Below, piece by piece: positions 51,261 to 61,904 of a DNA stretch of 64,000 nt. The position numbers and the translations under genes were made by a program. A model generated the notes under the pieces. That model was not told the DNA's origin and searched no databases. It was given only the letters and a program-made list of their open reading frames with translations. Source of the stretch: Okamejei kenojei (Eukaryota); NCBI GenBank assembly GCA_035221665.1, contig CM069153.1, positions 24,924,001-24,988,000 on the forward strand, read 5' to 3'. Every line of letters begins with the position of its first letter. Within the stretch, counting starts at the first letter, position 1.

Positions 51261-51356
51261 ATAGACACTAAAAGCTGGAGTAACTCAGCAGGACAAGCAG
51301 CATCTCTGGAGAGAAGGAAAGGGGTGACGTTTCGGGTCGAGACCCTTCTTCATACT
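51261..51356 (-). mobile_element. Penelope-like 3' repeat fragment with near-intact hammerhead motif
   Basis: Minus strand AGT-ATGAAGA-A-GGGTCTCGACCC-GAAAC-GTC-ACC. Confidence 0.75.
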
Positions 51357-51574
51357 TGGAATGATATGGATCACGTGCAGGCAGATGTGATTAGTATGAC
51401 GAAGCATCATGTTTGGCACAGAAACTGAACCAAATGGCTGGTTTCTGTTCTGTACTGTTCTATGATATGAAGATTACTAAACAAACAAGTTTTTTTTTTA
51501 ATCACAAAGCTGAACAAAATGTTATACAGTATATAGAACACAATAGTTTAAGGTTATTCAACAATCGTAGTGCC

Positions 51575-51768
51575 AAAAAAGACACAAAGTACTGGAGTAA
51601 CTTAGCGGATCAGACAGCATCTCTGCAGAACATGGATAGGCAACTCTTTGAGCTGAGGCCCTTCTTCAGAGCCTACTGAGCCATGTTCTCCAGAGGCACT
51701 GTCTGTGGAGAACACTCCAGCACTTTGTCCTTTTTGTAAGCCAACATCTGCCGTTCCTTGTGTCTACA
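51575..51768. mobile_element. Degenerate Penelope-derived fold-back
   Basis: GACACAAAGTACTGGAGTAAC... / ...ACTCCAGCACTTTGTC plus CCAACATCTGCCGTTCCTT tail. Confidence 0.65.
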
Positions 51769-53225
51769 TTATAGCACCAATTAGGACTATGAATGTAATT
51801 AATCCGATTTTGTTATTTTTGGGGGGCTGTTAGGGGTGATAGGTGCGCTTAATTTAGAAATACCTTAAATGTATGGACAAATAGAACAAGCCTGTAGTCT
51901 TTGAAATAAGATGTGCATTGTCATAAACATCTATAATTATCATGGGCAAATAAGTTATTCTATCATTAATGTAAAAATCGGTGCTTCACTGCAAGTTTTG
52001 TTAGTATTAATTTGAGAACAAGATCATATAAAAGGTTTAAAAATATTGAAAGTATAAAAGCTCTCCAAATTAAGCAGAGGGAAGGTTTTCCTGAGTATAT
52101 TGCTTGTTAGAAAACCTACAGAACATGTACCTCTTGGCATCATTCCATCGACTCGTCAAATATTATCCTCTCCACAGAAACAATGTGCGGAAATCACAGA
52201 GCAAAATAATATACTTCATTGTCTTTTAGGAATGTAAAAGGTAAAAAGATGCAATACACAATCACACTGTTCAAGAGAAAGGGACCTGATCAAATTACTG
52301 GTAGCTTTAAATATCAGTTGTTTAAAAGATATATTGAATTGAAATTGATTGAATGGCATTCCAGGTATCATATTTTATTTAGATCAAAATAACAAAATAT
52401 TTCAATGCTGAAAAATAAAATCGCAAACTTGGTTGCTACCAATTAGAAATTCAACCTTAGGTTTGAGTCACACATTGCTTAATTAAAATATGTTTCCATA
52501 TAAATGCATATTTTAAGGATCAGTTTTTATATTTAAATTTCAATAAGCCATGAAGGTTGTGTATTACTCTTTTTTTGTTCTTTCAGCTTTCCCAATTGAA
52601 GTTCCTCCATGCTTCAAGAGAAAGTCAAACTCCATTCCTCAACAAATTATTCAACTTCAGATGCGACCAAATGATGTGACGTAGTGAGCTCGTACATAGT
52701 GAGCTGCAAGAACAGATCAGAGTTTGGGAACCCTGTTAAATGTGAATGAATGCTCTTCAATTACCTGCATAACTCCAGCTCTAGTTAACACTCCAGAAGC
52801 TCAACACCATCCAGGACAAAGTAGTTAACTTGACTGGCACATTCGCTACCGTCCTATACATTTATGCACAGCGTCACTGGTAAACCCTGACTATAGTCTG
52901 TGTCTTCTGCTGAATCTATTGCAATTTTTCACCTAGACTGCACCATCTGCATCTCCCAGACTTGGAATTCTCAGCACTTTGTACACACGTACCATATGAT
53001 TTGATTGGATGTCACGCAAATAATTTTTCATTGAACATCGGTACATAAACCAATACCAAAAGACGAGCAGCAGTTATACTGAAATACCTGTACATTGTTC
53101 TGGCCTCAAAATATATCATTGGTTCCTTTCTTGTCAATGAATCCAAATTCTGGAACATCCTACCCAATGTCAATGCAACAGTGGTTTAATTTATAAAATT
53201 TCAGTGGTTCAACAATCACTGTGTG

Positions 53226-53510
53226 GGGTGGCACTGTAATGCAGCAGCCTTACACTGCTGGAGACCCGAGTTCGATCCTGATTACGGATACTGTCTGTAC
53301 AGAGTTTGTAGGTTCTCACTGTGACGATGTAGGTTTCCTTCAAGTGCTCTGGTTTCCTCCCACACTCCAAAGATGTACAGGCTTGTAGGCTAATCGGCTT
53401 GGGTAAAATTGTAAATTGTCCCTAGTGCACAGGATAGTGTCAGTGTACAGGGTGATCATTGGTCGGTGTGGATGGTGTTCCCTAGGGCCTATTTCTGCAC
53501 TGTATCTCTG
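53226..53510 (+). mobile_element. tRNA-derived SINE (HE1/V-SINE-like)
   Basis: GAGTTCGATCC B box; GGTTTCCTCCCACACTCCAAAGA core; GTAAATTGTCCCTAG. Confidence 0.8.
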
Positions 53511-53942
53511 AAGGAAAGTCTAAACCTAAAAGTAAAAGGTGGCCCACCAGCATTACTTCAGGGTCAGTGATGTTAACATCCTAGAAAGTATATTTTAGTA
53601 GATCAGTATGCTTTATTTAATTCATTTCCTCACCATATGGGAGGCGAAGACCTGGGAGATGCCTGTTAAGACTTGCATTGGGCCACCCTACAGTGCTGAA
53701 CTACCGACAGTTTACTGTGGCTTGGAGTGAATGATCAGAGATTTAGTGATATGATGATCAGACCAAATGAAAATGGCACAGTAAGCAGACAAGACGATGG
53801 AGAAATAGAATTCAAGGACACTAAAACCAAAACATCACTGCCAAAGGAGCATATTTTATGTTCTGGAGAATTTAAATTTGAATACAAACAGCTTAAAGAT
53901 GAAAAGAGTTTTGAATATGTATGATACTGAATCAAACCCATT

Positions 53943-54455
53943 TGCTGCCTCAAGAAGGTGGCATCTAATATTGAAGTCCCCCACCATCTGGGACATGCCC
54001 TCTTCCCACTGCTGCCATCAGGCAGGAGGTTGAGAAACCTGAAGTCCCACACCATCAGGTTCAGAAACAACTATTTTCCAGCAACTATCAGGTTCTTGAA
54101 CCAACCTACACAACCCTAACCCTACCTCAGCAAAGGAACACAACAGCCCACATCTTGCATTTTTATGAACTTGTTTTCTTTTCTAATTATGCTTTTGCAT
54201 GATTTTGTTTTGCACAATCTTTGAGGTTTTATTTTTGTTTGTCTGAGTCTATATACGATGATGCTGCTAGCAAGATTTTTCTTGTGGGTTACACAAAAAG
54301 CTGGAGAAACTCAGTGGGTGCAGCAGCATCTAAGGAGCGAAGGATGCTGCTGCACCCGCTGAGTTTCTCCAGCTTTTTGTGTAACCCTCGATTCTCCAGC
54401 ATCTGCAGTTCCTTCTTTAAGATTTTTCTTGTACTTGTTAATGACAATAAACTTG
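53943..54455 (+). mobile_element. Rex1/Babar-type LINE 3' end (ORF C-terminus plus 3'UTR)
   Basis: Translates PHHLGHALFPLLPSGRRLRNLKSHTIRFRNNYFPATIRFLN, a recalled Rex1 C-terminal motif; ends GACAATAAACTTGA. Confidence 0.7.
54286..54418. mobile_element. Penelope-derived fold-back nested in the Rex1 3'UTR
   Basis: GGGTTACACAAAAAGCTGGAGAAACTCAG / CTGAGTTTCTCCAGCTTTTTGTGTAACCC; 14-bp TSD AAGATTTTTCTTGT at 54272-54285 and 54419-54432. Confidence 0.85.
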
Positions 54456-54922
54456 AATGCATCTTAAAGTGAATTGAAGGAAGACTACCACACTCAGTAT
54501 GTAACAATGTTAAGAAAGGATTAATCAAATTTGTAAGTGTGCAAGTGAAATAGTGGTTATTGATTTTTTTTGCTAAAAATCAAAGCTAATTTTACCAAAA
54601 TGTTATCTGAAAATAGAATTGTAAAGAAATTCTATGTATATGATAGCTGACTTAATGAAGCCCCCTGCAATTATGGAAGGTTCTCAAATGAACTAACTAC
54701 TTGCTTAATCAAAATAATAGGAGAGGTGTTTCAGGAAATATCTTCTGTGTAGGCCCTGCAAATATGTAGCAATCCCCGTGGGTATTCAAAAGTGTTGTTT
54801 TTATTGAGTGGGAGACTCCAAAGCTTTACATTCATTCATGGGCAATGTATGGAAAAGCCTGGAAATAAGCAAGTATGCTTTCTGCAGGTGCAGGAGTTAG
54901 AAAATTATGTTTTCAAGGTTGA

Positions 54923-55126
54923 CCCAAAAATCTGGAGTAACTCAGCGGGAAAGGCAGCATCTCTGGAGAGAAGGAATGGGTGACGTTTCGGGTCGAGACC
55001 CTTCTTCGTCTCGACCCAAAACGTCACCCACTCCTTCTCTCCAGAGATGCTGCCTGTCCCGCTGAGTTACTCCAGATTTTTGTGTCTATCTTCAGTTTAA
55101 ACCAGCATCTGCAGTTCCTTCTTACA
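54923..55126. mobile_element. Penelope-derived fold-back (~80-bp arms plus tail)
   Basis: Arms meet inside the hammerhead motif; 14-bp TSD GTTTTCAAGGTTGA at 54909-54922 and 55127-55140. Confidence 0.88.
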
Positions 55127-55749
55127 GTTTTCAAGGTTGATTTATGTTCAGTAATATCAATTAATGTAGCATGGAGCTACAGCTACACGAACAAAACAAT
55201 CGGATTTGTAACCAATGAAGCATTATCCGAAACAGCTCTTGATGCAATTGTCTTGAAATGTATAAAACACAGCAGTTTGTAATTGGGATTAGAATTCAAG
55301 TAAATTTGATCAATTGATATGCTGAACTCAACACTAACTGGTTTAAAGTGAAAAGCTTCAAATATATTTTAACTGCAATTGCATGTACTGAATGCTAAAT
55401 AAATCTTAGGTGTCTGTCTCTAACATCTCCTTATTGATTTTGAAGAATAATTTGAACATCATAAATAAAGTCCATCTAATAATGGCACTATCCAACTTGA
55501 TAACAGAATTTCAAATGCATTGTTCACAATACAATTACTTTGAGTGTTTGATTTCACATTCATAATGCAAAGTACTATTTTTAAGAAAGAAAATGGTAAT
55601 GTTTGTTTCTTTTTCATTACAGTATATGGCTGTAACCAAAAAAAGACCAAGTTCTGGAGTAACTCACCAGGTCAGGCAGCATCTTTGGGTAACCATGTTT
55701 TTTTTTCTGGGGTAAATCAGATGGAACCTTTGTGGTACTTGTTTTGGAA

Positions 55750-56052
55750 TTATAGGTTCATGGTGAGGGTGAAAAGATTTAACATGAACCTGAGGGGTAA
55801 CTTTTTCACACAAAGAGTGATGAGTGTATGGAATGAGCTGCTGGAGGAGGTAGAAACAGGCTCTTCAGTTCGCCCTGCCCACACTGACCAACCTGTCCCA
55901 TCTACACTAGTCCCACCTGCCTGTGTTTGGCCCATATAACTAAATATTTCCTATCTGTGTACCTGTCTAAATGTTTCTTAAACATTGCAATAGTCCCTGC
56001 CTCAACTACCTCCTCCAGCAGCTCATTCCACTCACTCACCACCCTTTGTGTG
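55750..56052. mobile_element. Two CR1 3' fragments in opposite orientation
   Basis: TGGAATGAGCTGCTGGAGGAGGTAG (55829-55853) vs CTACCTCCTCCAGCAGCTCATTCCA (56006-56030). Confidence 0.7.
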
Positions 56053-56309
56053 TATGGTGTATAACTCTGACGGCATAGAGGTTGTCTATGATGCTAATTA
56101 ACACAATGGCAATTTGAAACTAATATTTTCCTAATATTATCATGTTTACAGCCTGAAGTGATTTTAATGTGGTGCATCAAAACTTTGTATGTCTCATTTT
56201 CAAAGAGAGGTGAGTTTTTCCATGCTTCAGGTAAGATCATGAATGGAGTCTATCTGCTGCATTTAGTTGTGAAATATTCCATGGTTTTATTCAGTATAGA
56301 GTTTAAAAT

Positions 56310-56440
56310 AGACACACACACTGATGGAGTAACTCAGCGAGTCGGGCAGCATCCCTGGAGAACGTGGATAGGTGATTTTTTTTGGGGTCAGGACCCTTCT
56401 TCAGACTGATTGTAGGAGGGGGGAAGAAAAGAAAGTCGGA
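56310..56440 (-). mobile_element. Penelope-like 3' repeat fragment
   Basis: GGAGTAACTCAGC..GGCAGCATCCCTGGAG..GGACCCTTCTTCAGACT. Confidence 0.7.
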
Positions 56441-56911
56441 AGAGAGAATATAGATTTCTAGTGTTCTGCCCAATAGAAAAGAGTGAACCTATGACATTTT
56501 AAGTCAGCTTAATTTTATCTTGCCTGTATTGACTGGTGAACCTAACTGATATTATATGAAACCAAGATGTGTACACTAAAATAATTTATTTTGGATGGCT
56601 ATTTTAGTCATTTTCTTCCAACATTCTCCGCTGGTGCCAATAATATTGTTGTGCATTTTTGTAACTCTTTCTCCTACCAACTCCCCAATCCTACCCCCAC
56701 TTACAATGACCGGGACAATGTCACTGTGGGCGTCTGTGGGGGAAATGCCATTTTGTGCTTTTGGTTAAAAGATGAGCATCAAATGATCCCACTAAACTGG
56801 TCTGCAACACCAGAGGTGACCATTCCACACATCTGCAGGTCCCTACACCACAACATGACAACAGTAAAATGGTGACTGCATTTGCAACCAAGGCAAAATT
56901 TACTGCATTAC

Positions 56912-59808
56912 TTTTTTTTTTTTTTCAAAATATACTTTATTCGAATGATAAATATATACAATCCATTAACCTTGCGGAAAATCCATCCGACATTTTCGGA
57001 GGCTGTACAATAGATCAATACAGTTTAGACATTTCTTTCCCCCAAATTTCCACAAATCAGTCCCCCACTCGTGCCACAGTGGCATGGGATACCTTCCCTT
57101 ATATTGAGGGGCGTCTCCACCATATCGTACCCCGCATGTCCAGCAGCGGAAGGGCGTTAGACTGTGGCCCTCCCCCACCGAGCCTTGGCGTTGGCTGCAC
57201 CGAGCTTCAGTGCGTCCCTCAGCACGTACTCCTGCAGTCTGCAGCGGGCCAGTCAGCAACATTCCCTGACGGACATCTCGCTCTGCTGGGTGGTGAACAA
57301 TGCTCGGGCAGACCAAAGGGCGTCTTTTACCGAGTTGATGACCCTCCAGCAGCACTCGATGTCAGCCTCTGAATGTGTCCCTGGGAACAGTCTGTAAATC
57401 ACCGAGTCCTCTGTGACGGAGCTGTTCGGGATAAAGCGTACCAGGGACCCTTGCATTTTTCTCCAGACTCTTTTAGCAAACCCACACTCTGTAAAGAGGT
57501 GGGCAACCGTCTCCTCGCCATAGCAGCCGTCCCGAGGGCAGCGTGCACTGGCAGTGAGGTTCCGACGGTGCAGGAAGGATCTGACTGGGAGGGCTCCCCT
57601 CACCGCCAGCCAAGCCAGGTCTTGGTGCTTGTTGGTGAGTTCTGGCGATGAGGCATTTTGCCAGACAAGCTGGGCAGTCTGCTCAGGGAACCACGCCACC
57701 GGGTCCATAGAGTCCTTTCCCTGCAGTGCCTGCAGGACATTCTGTGCTGACCACTGCCCGATGGACATGTGGTCAAAGGTGTTGGTCCGGAAGAACCCTT
57801 CCACCGACGACAGATGGGGCGGCAATGTCCAGCTGACTGGCACATTGCGTGGCACCTGCGCCAGGCCCATCCTTCTCAACACCGGGGAGAGGTAGAACCT
57901 CAGCAGGTAGTGACACTTGGTGCCCACGTGCCTTGGCTCTACACTCCGCCTGATGCAGCCACACACGAAGGTGGCCATCAGAATGAGGGCGACGTTGGGC
58001 ACGCTTTTACCCCCGTTGCCTGCTGACTTGTACATTGTGGCCCGTCGCACCCGGTCCATCCTCGACCCCCAGATGAACTGGAAGATGGCCCGGGTGATCC
58101 CTGTGGCGTATGAGAGGGAGGGACAGGCCACACTTGTGCCAAGTACAGCAGCCCCGAGAGCACCTCACACCTGATGACCAAATTCTTTCCCGTTATGGAG
58201 AGGGAGCGTTGCCTCCACAGCTCCACCTTCCTCCCCACCCTGGCTATCCGCTCCAGCCAATTTTTGTTACATGCCTCAGCCCCCCCAAACCAGATCCCCA
58301 GCACCTTCAAGAAGTCAGGCTTGATGGTGAAGGGGACGGAAGATCTGTCGGGCCAGTTGCCAAAGAGCATGGCCTCGCTCTTCCTGCGGTTCACCCTGGC
58401 TCCCGTGGCCGACTCAAACTGGTCGCAGATACTAATCAGTCTGCGAACCAACCCTGGATCCGAGCAGAAGACAGCGACATCGTCCATGTACAGGGAGGTC
58501 TTTACTTGAATGCCCCCACTGCCTGGCAATGTCACTCCTCTTATGCCAGCATCCTTCCTGATGGATTCAGCAAAAGGTTCAATACAGCAGACAAACAAGA
58601 CAGGAGAGAGAGGGCAACCCTGCCTGACTCCAGACCTTACCCACCCATTGATTTGGACTGCACTACGGATGTTGGTGTAGAGCAGTTTGATCCAATTCCT
58701 GATTCCTTCCCCAAAACCCATTTTGGAGAGCACGTCCCTCATGTACGTGTGCGAAATCCTGTCGAAGGCCTTCTCCTGGTCCAAGCTGACTAGGCAGGCA
58801 TCCACCCGTCTGTCCTGCACGTAGGCAATGGTATCTCTCAGCAGCGCTAGGCTGTCTGAGATTTTCCTGCCAGGTACAGCACAGGTTTGGTCCGGGTGGA
58901 TCACCTGTCCCAGAAGAGACTTGACCCGGTTGGCGATGGCCTTGGACAGGATCTTGTAGTCCACATTCAAGAGTGTTTATGGGTCTCCAATTCTTTAGGT
59001 CCTTCATCTCCCCTTCTGCTTGTAGATTAGGGTGATGCTGCCCTTCCTCATGGAGTCATGCTACCCAGCTAGAAGCATGTCGTTGTACACTTCTAGCGGG
59101 TCCGGGCCCATACAGTCCCACAGAGCAAATACAACTCGGCCGGTAAGCCATCGCTTCCGGGAGTTTTATTCGAGTTCAAAGGAATGGATGGAGCCAGTCA
59201 GCTCCTCTAGGGTCAGTGGTTGGTCCAGACTCTCCCGCTTGCTGTCCTCCAAGACCTCCATGATTGAGGACAGGAAGTTCTGGGAGGAGGTACGGTCTGT
59301 GGTCTTTTGGTCATACAAATCTGTGTAAAAGGATTTGCAGATCCTCAGCACGTCTGTCTGTGAGGATGCTACCGTGCCGTCCTCCTCCCTAAGGCTGTTC
59401 ATCACAGAGTTCCCCCTGTGAACCTTATGGAAGAAGAAACGTGAGCACGTCTCATCCTGCTCCACATGGCGGACCCTAGATCGGAAGATGATCTTGGAGG
59501 ATTCAGAGGTGAAGAGCTGAGCTTGCCGGTCCTTCAACTCTCTAAGTTCCTCCCTCACATCCACCCCGCTCGACTGCAGAAGGAGCCGTTGCTGCAAATC
59601 TGTCTGGAGTTGGCACAATTCCCTCTGACTCTGTCTTGCTCTCTGAACCCCTTTAATTATGAAGAACCTCTTAATGTTCTTCTTGGTTGCTTCCCACCAG
59701 AGTGTGGGGGAGTCAAAGAGGGGCCTCACCGTTCTCCAACATGCATAGTCCCTCTTTAGCTCCTCGACATTCTCTGGGGTCAACAGTTTTGTGTTTAACT
59801 TCCACGTA
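56912..59808 (-). mobile_element. Tx1/L1-clade non-LTR retrotransposon, 5'-truncated, ORF2 frameshifted
   Basis: NVDYKILSK, SLDQEKAFDR, GVRQGCPLSP, YMDD, and Cys-rich CPRDGC..ETVAHLFTEC. Poly(A) (T-run 56912-56925) with AATAAA. TSD TTACTGCATTAC at 56900-56911 and 59809-59820. Confidence 0.92.
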
Positions 59809-60313
59809 TTACTGCATTACTTGAAGTCTCAATTCTCCAAGAGCGAGGCATTTGTTGGTGACTTAGAGAACATGTGCCATGTTTTGTACTTGTCAGGGTC
59901 ATTTCTGTGTTTCACTGGGGAAATTAACAACCCAAGAAATTTGCCACGTTCTTTAATCTTTGCAGTACATGTCTGTAAAGTGGTGAAATTAGCTCGCCTC
60001 CCAAATAAGGCATGATATTCTTGTGCCCAACACACGATATACTGTCATTCAACCAAGGAATCTGCATAATTTCCTTTCTTGGCGCAAATTAAGCATTGTT
60101 TAAAGTGCTGAATTACTCTAAGTAAGTGAGTATGGATTTGGGCAACATTTCTTGTACGGGAGGCCTGATTCCAGTCATCATCTAATATGGTGGGTCATGC
60201 AAAACCATGTAAAGAGCTTTTATTCTTGTCTGCATATTCCAGCAGGTGCCACCAGTGTGGCAATTTTTTAGCTGGCTTTTGAGCTCTATTTCGGCACTTT
60301 GGCTTTCATCATT

Positions 60314-61720
60314 AGACAATAGGTGCAAGAGTAGGACATTCAGCCCTTTGAGTCAGCACATTCAATGAGATCATGGCTGATCATCCACAATCAGTACTGC
60401 CTTCTCCCCATATCCCTTGATCCCTTTCAGAGCTTTATTTAACTCTCTCTTGAAAGCATCCGGAGAATCGGCCTCCACTGCCTTCTGAGGCAGAGAATTC
60501 CACAGATTCATAACTTTTTGGGTGAAAAAGTTTTTCCTCATCTCCATTCTAAATGGCCTACCCCTTATTCTTAAACTGTGGCGCCTGCTTCTGCACTCCC
60601 CCAACATCAGGAACATGTTTCCTGCCTCTAGCGTGTCCAAACCCTTAATAATCTTATATGTTTCAATAAGATTCCCTTTCATCCTTCTAAATTCCAGAGT
60701 GTACAAGCTCAGTCGCTCCATTTCTTCAGTCCAGCCATCCCGGGAATTAACCTCGTGAACCTATGCGGCAGTCCCTCAATAGCAAGAATGTCCTTCCTCA
60801 AATTTGGAGACCAAAACTGCACACAATACTCCAGGTGTGGTCTCACCAGGGCCCTGTACGACTGCAGAAGGACCTCTTTGCTCCTATAGTCAACTCCTCT
60901 TGTTATGAAGGCCAATATGCCATTAGCTTTCTTCACTGCCTGCTGTACCTGCATGCTTACTTTGACTGATGTACAAGGACACCCAGATCTCGTTGTACTT
61001 CCCCTTTTCCTAACTTGACACCATTCAGATAATAATCTGACGTCCCGTTCTTGCCACCAAAGTGGATAACCTCACATTTATCCACATTAAACTGCATCTG
61101 CTATGCATCTGCCCACTCACCCAACCTGTCCAAGTCAGCCTGCGTCCTCACAGCATCCTCCTCGCCGTTCACACTGCCACCCAGCATCGTGTGATCTGCA
61201 AATTTGCTAATGTTACTTTTAATCCTTTCATCTGTCACTGCCTGTCATTCTGAAAGGGACCTGTTAATCCCTGCTCTTTGTTTCCTGTCTGCCAACCAAT
61301 TTTCTATCCATGTCAGTAACCTACCCCCAGTACCATGTGTTCTAATTTCCTAGTTACCTCCTCAAAAAATTCCAGAAGATTAGTCAAACATGATTTCCCC
61401 TTCATAAATCCATGCTGACTCAGACTGATCCTGTTACTGCTATCCAAATATGCCGCTCGCTATTTCACCTTTTTAATCTCCAGCATCTTCCCCACCATCG
61501 ATGTCAGGCTAAATGGTCTATAATTTCCTGTTTTCTCTCCCCCTCTTTTTTTTTTAAAAATGGACAACATTAGTTACCCTCCAATCCACAGGAACTGAAT
61601 CTATAGAATATTGGAAAATGACCATCGATTCATCCACGATTTCTAGAGCCAGCTCCGTAAGCACCCTGGGATGCAGACCACCCTTCAGTCCCATCAGTCT
61701 ACCCAAAACCATTTCCTACC
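60314..61720 (-). mobile_element. CR1/HER1-like LINE fragment with internal deletions
   Basis: KKANGILAFITRG, RPHLEYCVQFWSP, FFTQKVMNLWNSLP; QHGFMKGKSCLT region near 61380-61420; abuts the LTR at 61721. Confidence 0.88.
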
Positions 61721-61904
61721 TGTAAAGAGCTCAGACTTACACAGGTTGAAACACAAGCATCTTTATTGTTCAGGTCATTACACGTTCACACTGCTACTGC
61801 TACTGGCAGGCAGTGGGTAGGATCTTACACTATGAATGCTATCATTATGCGGGGTTATAATTACTAGGCATTCTAATTGGCTAACATGCTATAGCCAATC
61901 TACA
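61721..61904 (-). repeat. Probable 3' LTR (184 bp) of the Gypsy element
   Basis: TGTA...TACA termini; minus-strand PPT AGGAAGAA (61905-61912) immediately upstream; AATAAA (61762-61767) and TATAA (61855-61860) on the minus strand. Confidence 0.65.

Noticed and set aside
57164-58793. Several long plus-strand ORFs over the Tx1 element
   Set aside because: Antisense shadows of a GC-rich ORF2 with no independent motifs.
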